From: Eledone cirrhosa
Taxonomy: Eukaryota
Assembly (NCBI GenBank): GCA_964016885.1
Contig: CAXHJY010001149.1
Span: 1-22,776, forward strand
Length of the DNA: 22,776 nt
Reading direction: 5' to 3'
The notes under the pieces were generated by a model that saw only the letters and a list, made by a program, of their open reading frames with translations, searched no databases and was not told the DNA's origin. Of this stretch, positions 20,769 through 22,776 are shown piece by piece. The position numbers were made by a program, and so were the translations under genes. The stretch's first letter is position 1; every line of letters begins with the position of its first letter.

Positions 20769-22776
20769 ATGTAGATCACCAACACTAGAAAGGCTGCCTA
20801 ATCAATGGCACAGCTGAACAGTCCTAACAGCCCTTTGTTAGGCAGGTTCCCTACAGCTAGATGTCCTTCCTTTCACCAACCACTTTACAGAGTGTACTGG
20901 GAGGGTTTACCAGGTATATCACCAACACTAGGAAGGCTGCCTAATCAATGGCACAGCTGAACAGTCCTAACAGCCCTTTGTTAGGCAGGTTTCCTACAGC
21001 TAGATGTCCTTCCTTTCACCAACCACTTTACAGAGTGTACTAGGAGGGTTTACCAGGTATATCACCAACACTAGGAAGGCTGCCTAATCAATGGCACAGC
21101 TGAACAGTCCTAACAGCCCTTTGTTAGGCAGGTTTCCTACAGCTAGATGTCCTTCCTTTCACCAACCACTTTACAGAGTGTACTGGGAGGGTTTACCAGG
21201 TATATCACCAACACTAGGAAGGCTGCCTAATCAATGGCACAGCTGAACAGTCCTAACAGCCCTTTGTTAGGCAGGTTTCCTACAGCTAGATGTCCTTCCT
21301 TTCACCAACCACTTTACAGAGTGTACTAGGAGGGTTTACCAGGTATATCACCAACACTAGGAAGGCTGCCTAATCAATGGCACAGCTGAACAGTCCTATC
21401 AGCCCTTTGTTAGGCAGGTTTCCTACAGCTAGATGTCCTTCCTTTCACCAACCACTTTACAGAGTGTACTGGGAGGGTTTACCAGGTAAATCACCAACAC
21501 TAGGAAGGCTGCCTAATCTATGGCACAGCTGAACAGTCCTATCAGCCCTTTGTTCGGCAGGTTTCCTACAGCTAGATGTCCTTCCTTTCACCAACCACTT
21601 TACAGAGTGTACTGGGAGGGTTTACCAGGTATATCACCAACACTAGGAAGGCTGCCTAATCTATGGCACAGCTGAACAGTCCTATCAGCCCTTTGTTAGG
21701 CAGGTTTCCTACAGCTAGATGTCCTTCCTTTCACCAACCACTTTACAGAGTGTACTGGGAGGGTTTACCAGGTATATCACCAACACTAGGAAGGCTGCCT
21801 AATCTATGGCACAGCTGAACAGTCCTATCAGTCCTTTGTTCGGCAGGTTTCCTACAGCTAGATGTCCTTCCTTTCACCAACCACTTTACAGAGTGTACTG
21901 GGAGGGTTTACCAGGTATATCACCAACACTAGGAAGGCTGCCTAATCTATGGCACAGCTGAACAGTCCTATCAGTCCTTTGTTCGGCAGGTTTCCTACAG
22001 CTAGATGTCCTTCCTTTCACCAACCACTTTACAGAGTGTACTGGGAGGGTTTACCAGGTATATCACCAACACTAGGAAGGCTGCCTAATCTATGGCACAG
22101 CTGAACAGTCCTATCAGTCCTTTGTTCGGCAGGTTTCCTACAGCTAGATGTCCTTCCTTTCACCAACCACTTTACAGAGTGTACTAGGAGGGTTTACCAG
22201 GTATATCACCAACACTAGGAAGGCTGCCTAATCTATGGCACAGCTGAACAGTCCTATCAGTCCTTTGTTCGGCAGGTTTCCTACAGCTAGATGTCCTTCC
22301 TTTCACCAACCACTTTACAGAGTGTACTGGGAGGGTTTACCAGGTATATCACCAACACTAGGAAGGCTGCCTAATCTATGGCACAGCTGAACAGTCCTAT
22401 CAGTCCTTTGTTCGGCAGGTTTCCTACAGCTAGATGTCCTTCCTTTCACCAACCACTTTACAGAGTGTACTGGGAGGGTTTACCAGGTATATCACCAACA
22501 CTAGGAAGGCTGCCTAATCTATGGCACAGCTGAACAGTCCTATCAGTCCTTTGTTCGGCAGGTTTCCTACAGCTAGATGTCCTTCCTTTCACCAACCACT
22601 TTACAGAGTGTACTGGGAGGGTTTACCAGGTATATCACCAACACTAGGAAGGCTGCCTAATCTATGGCACAGCTGAACAGTCCTATCAGTCCTTTGTTCG
22701 GCAGGTTTCCTACAGCTAGATGTCCTTCCTTTCACCAACCACTTTACAGAGTGTACTGGGAGGGTTTACCAGGTAT
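20769..22776. repeat. Satellite B: 143-bp units, at least 14 copies, runs off the window
   Basis: ctacagctagatg at 20851, 20994, 21137 and onward; colinear homolog of satellite A. Confidence 0.97.

Overview
Non-coding, repeat-saturated eukaryotic DNA. The microsatellite load and SINE motifs resemble those I recall from Octopus/cephalopod genomes; this is an inference, not a database result. No intact protein-coding gene is supported: nearly all listed ORFs are translations of microsatellites or satellites. The only protein-like signal is a decayed C-terminal fragment of an RTE-clade LINE ORF2. It is present twice as a ~7 kb asymmetric inverted repeat (8298-15232) centred on a 74-bp hairpin in (TA)n. 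The left arm has amplified an internal 75-bp segment into a ~82-copy satellite, while the right arm keeps the two-copy founder state. Other content: several SINEs (two with clear target-site duplications), a piggyBac-like MITE in 5 tandem copies, two hairpins flanking one (TA)n tract, and two homologous but diverged ~143-151 bp SINE-core-derived satellites separated exactly by a hAT-like MITE that contains a nested SINE. The recurring theme is transposon fragments being converted into tandem arrays. I do not see a new gene-encoded system.
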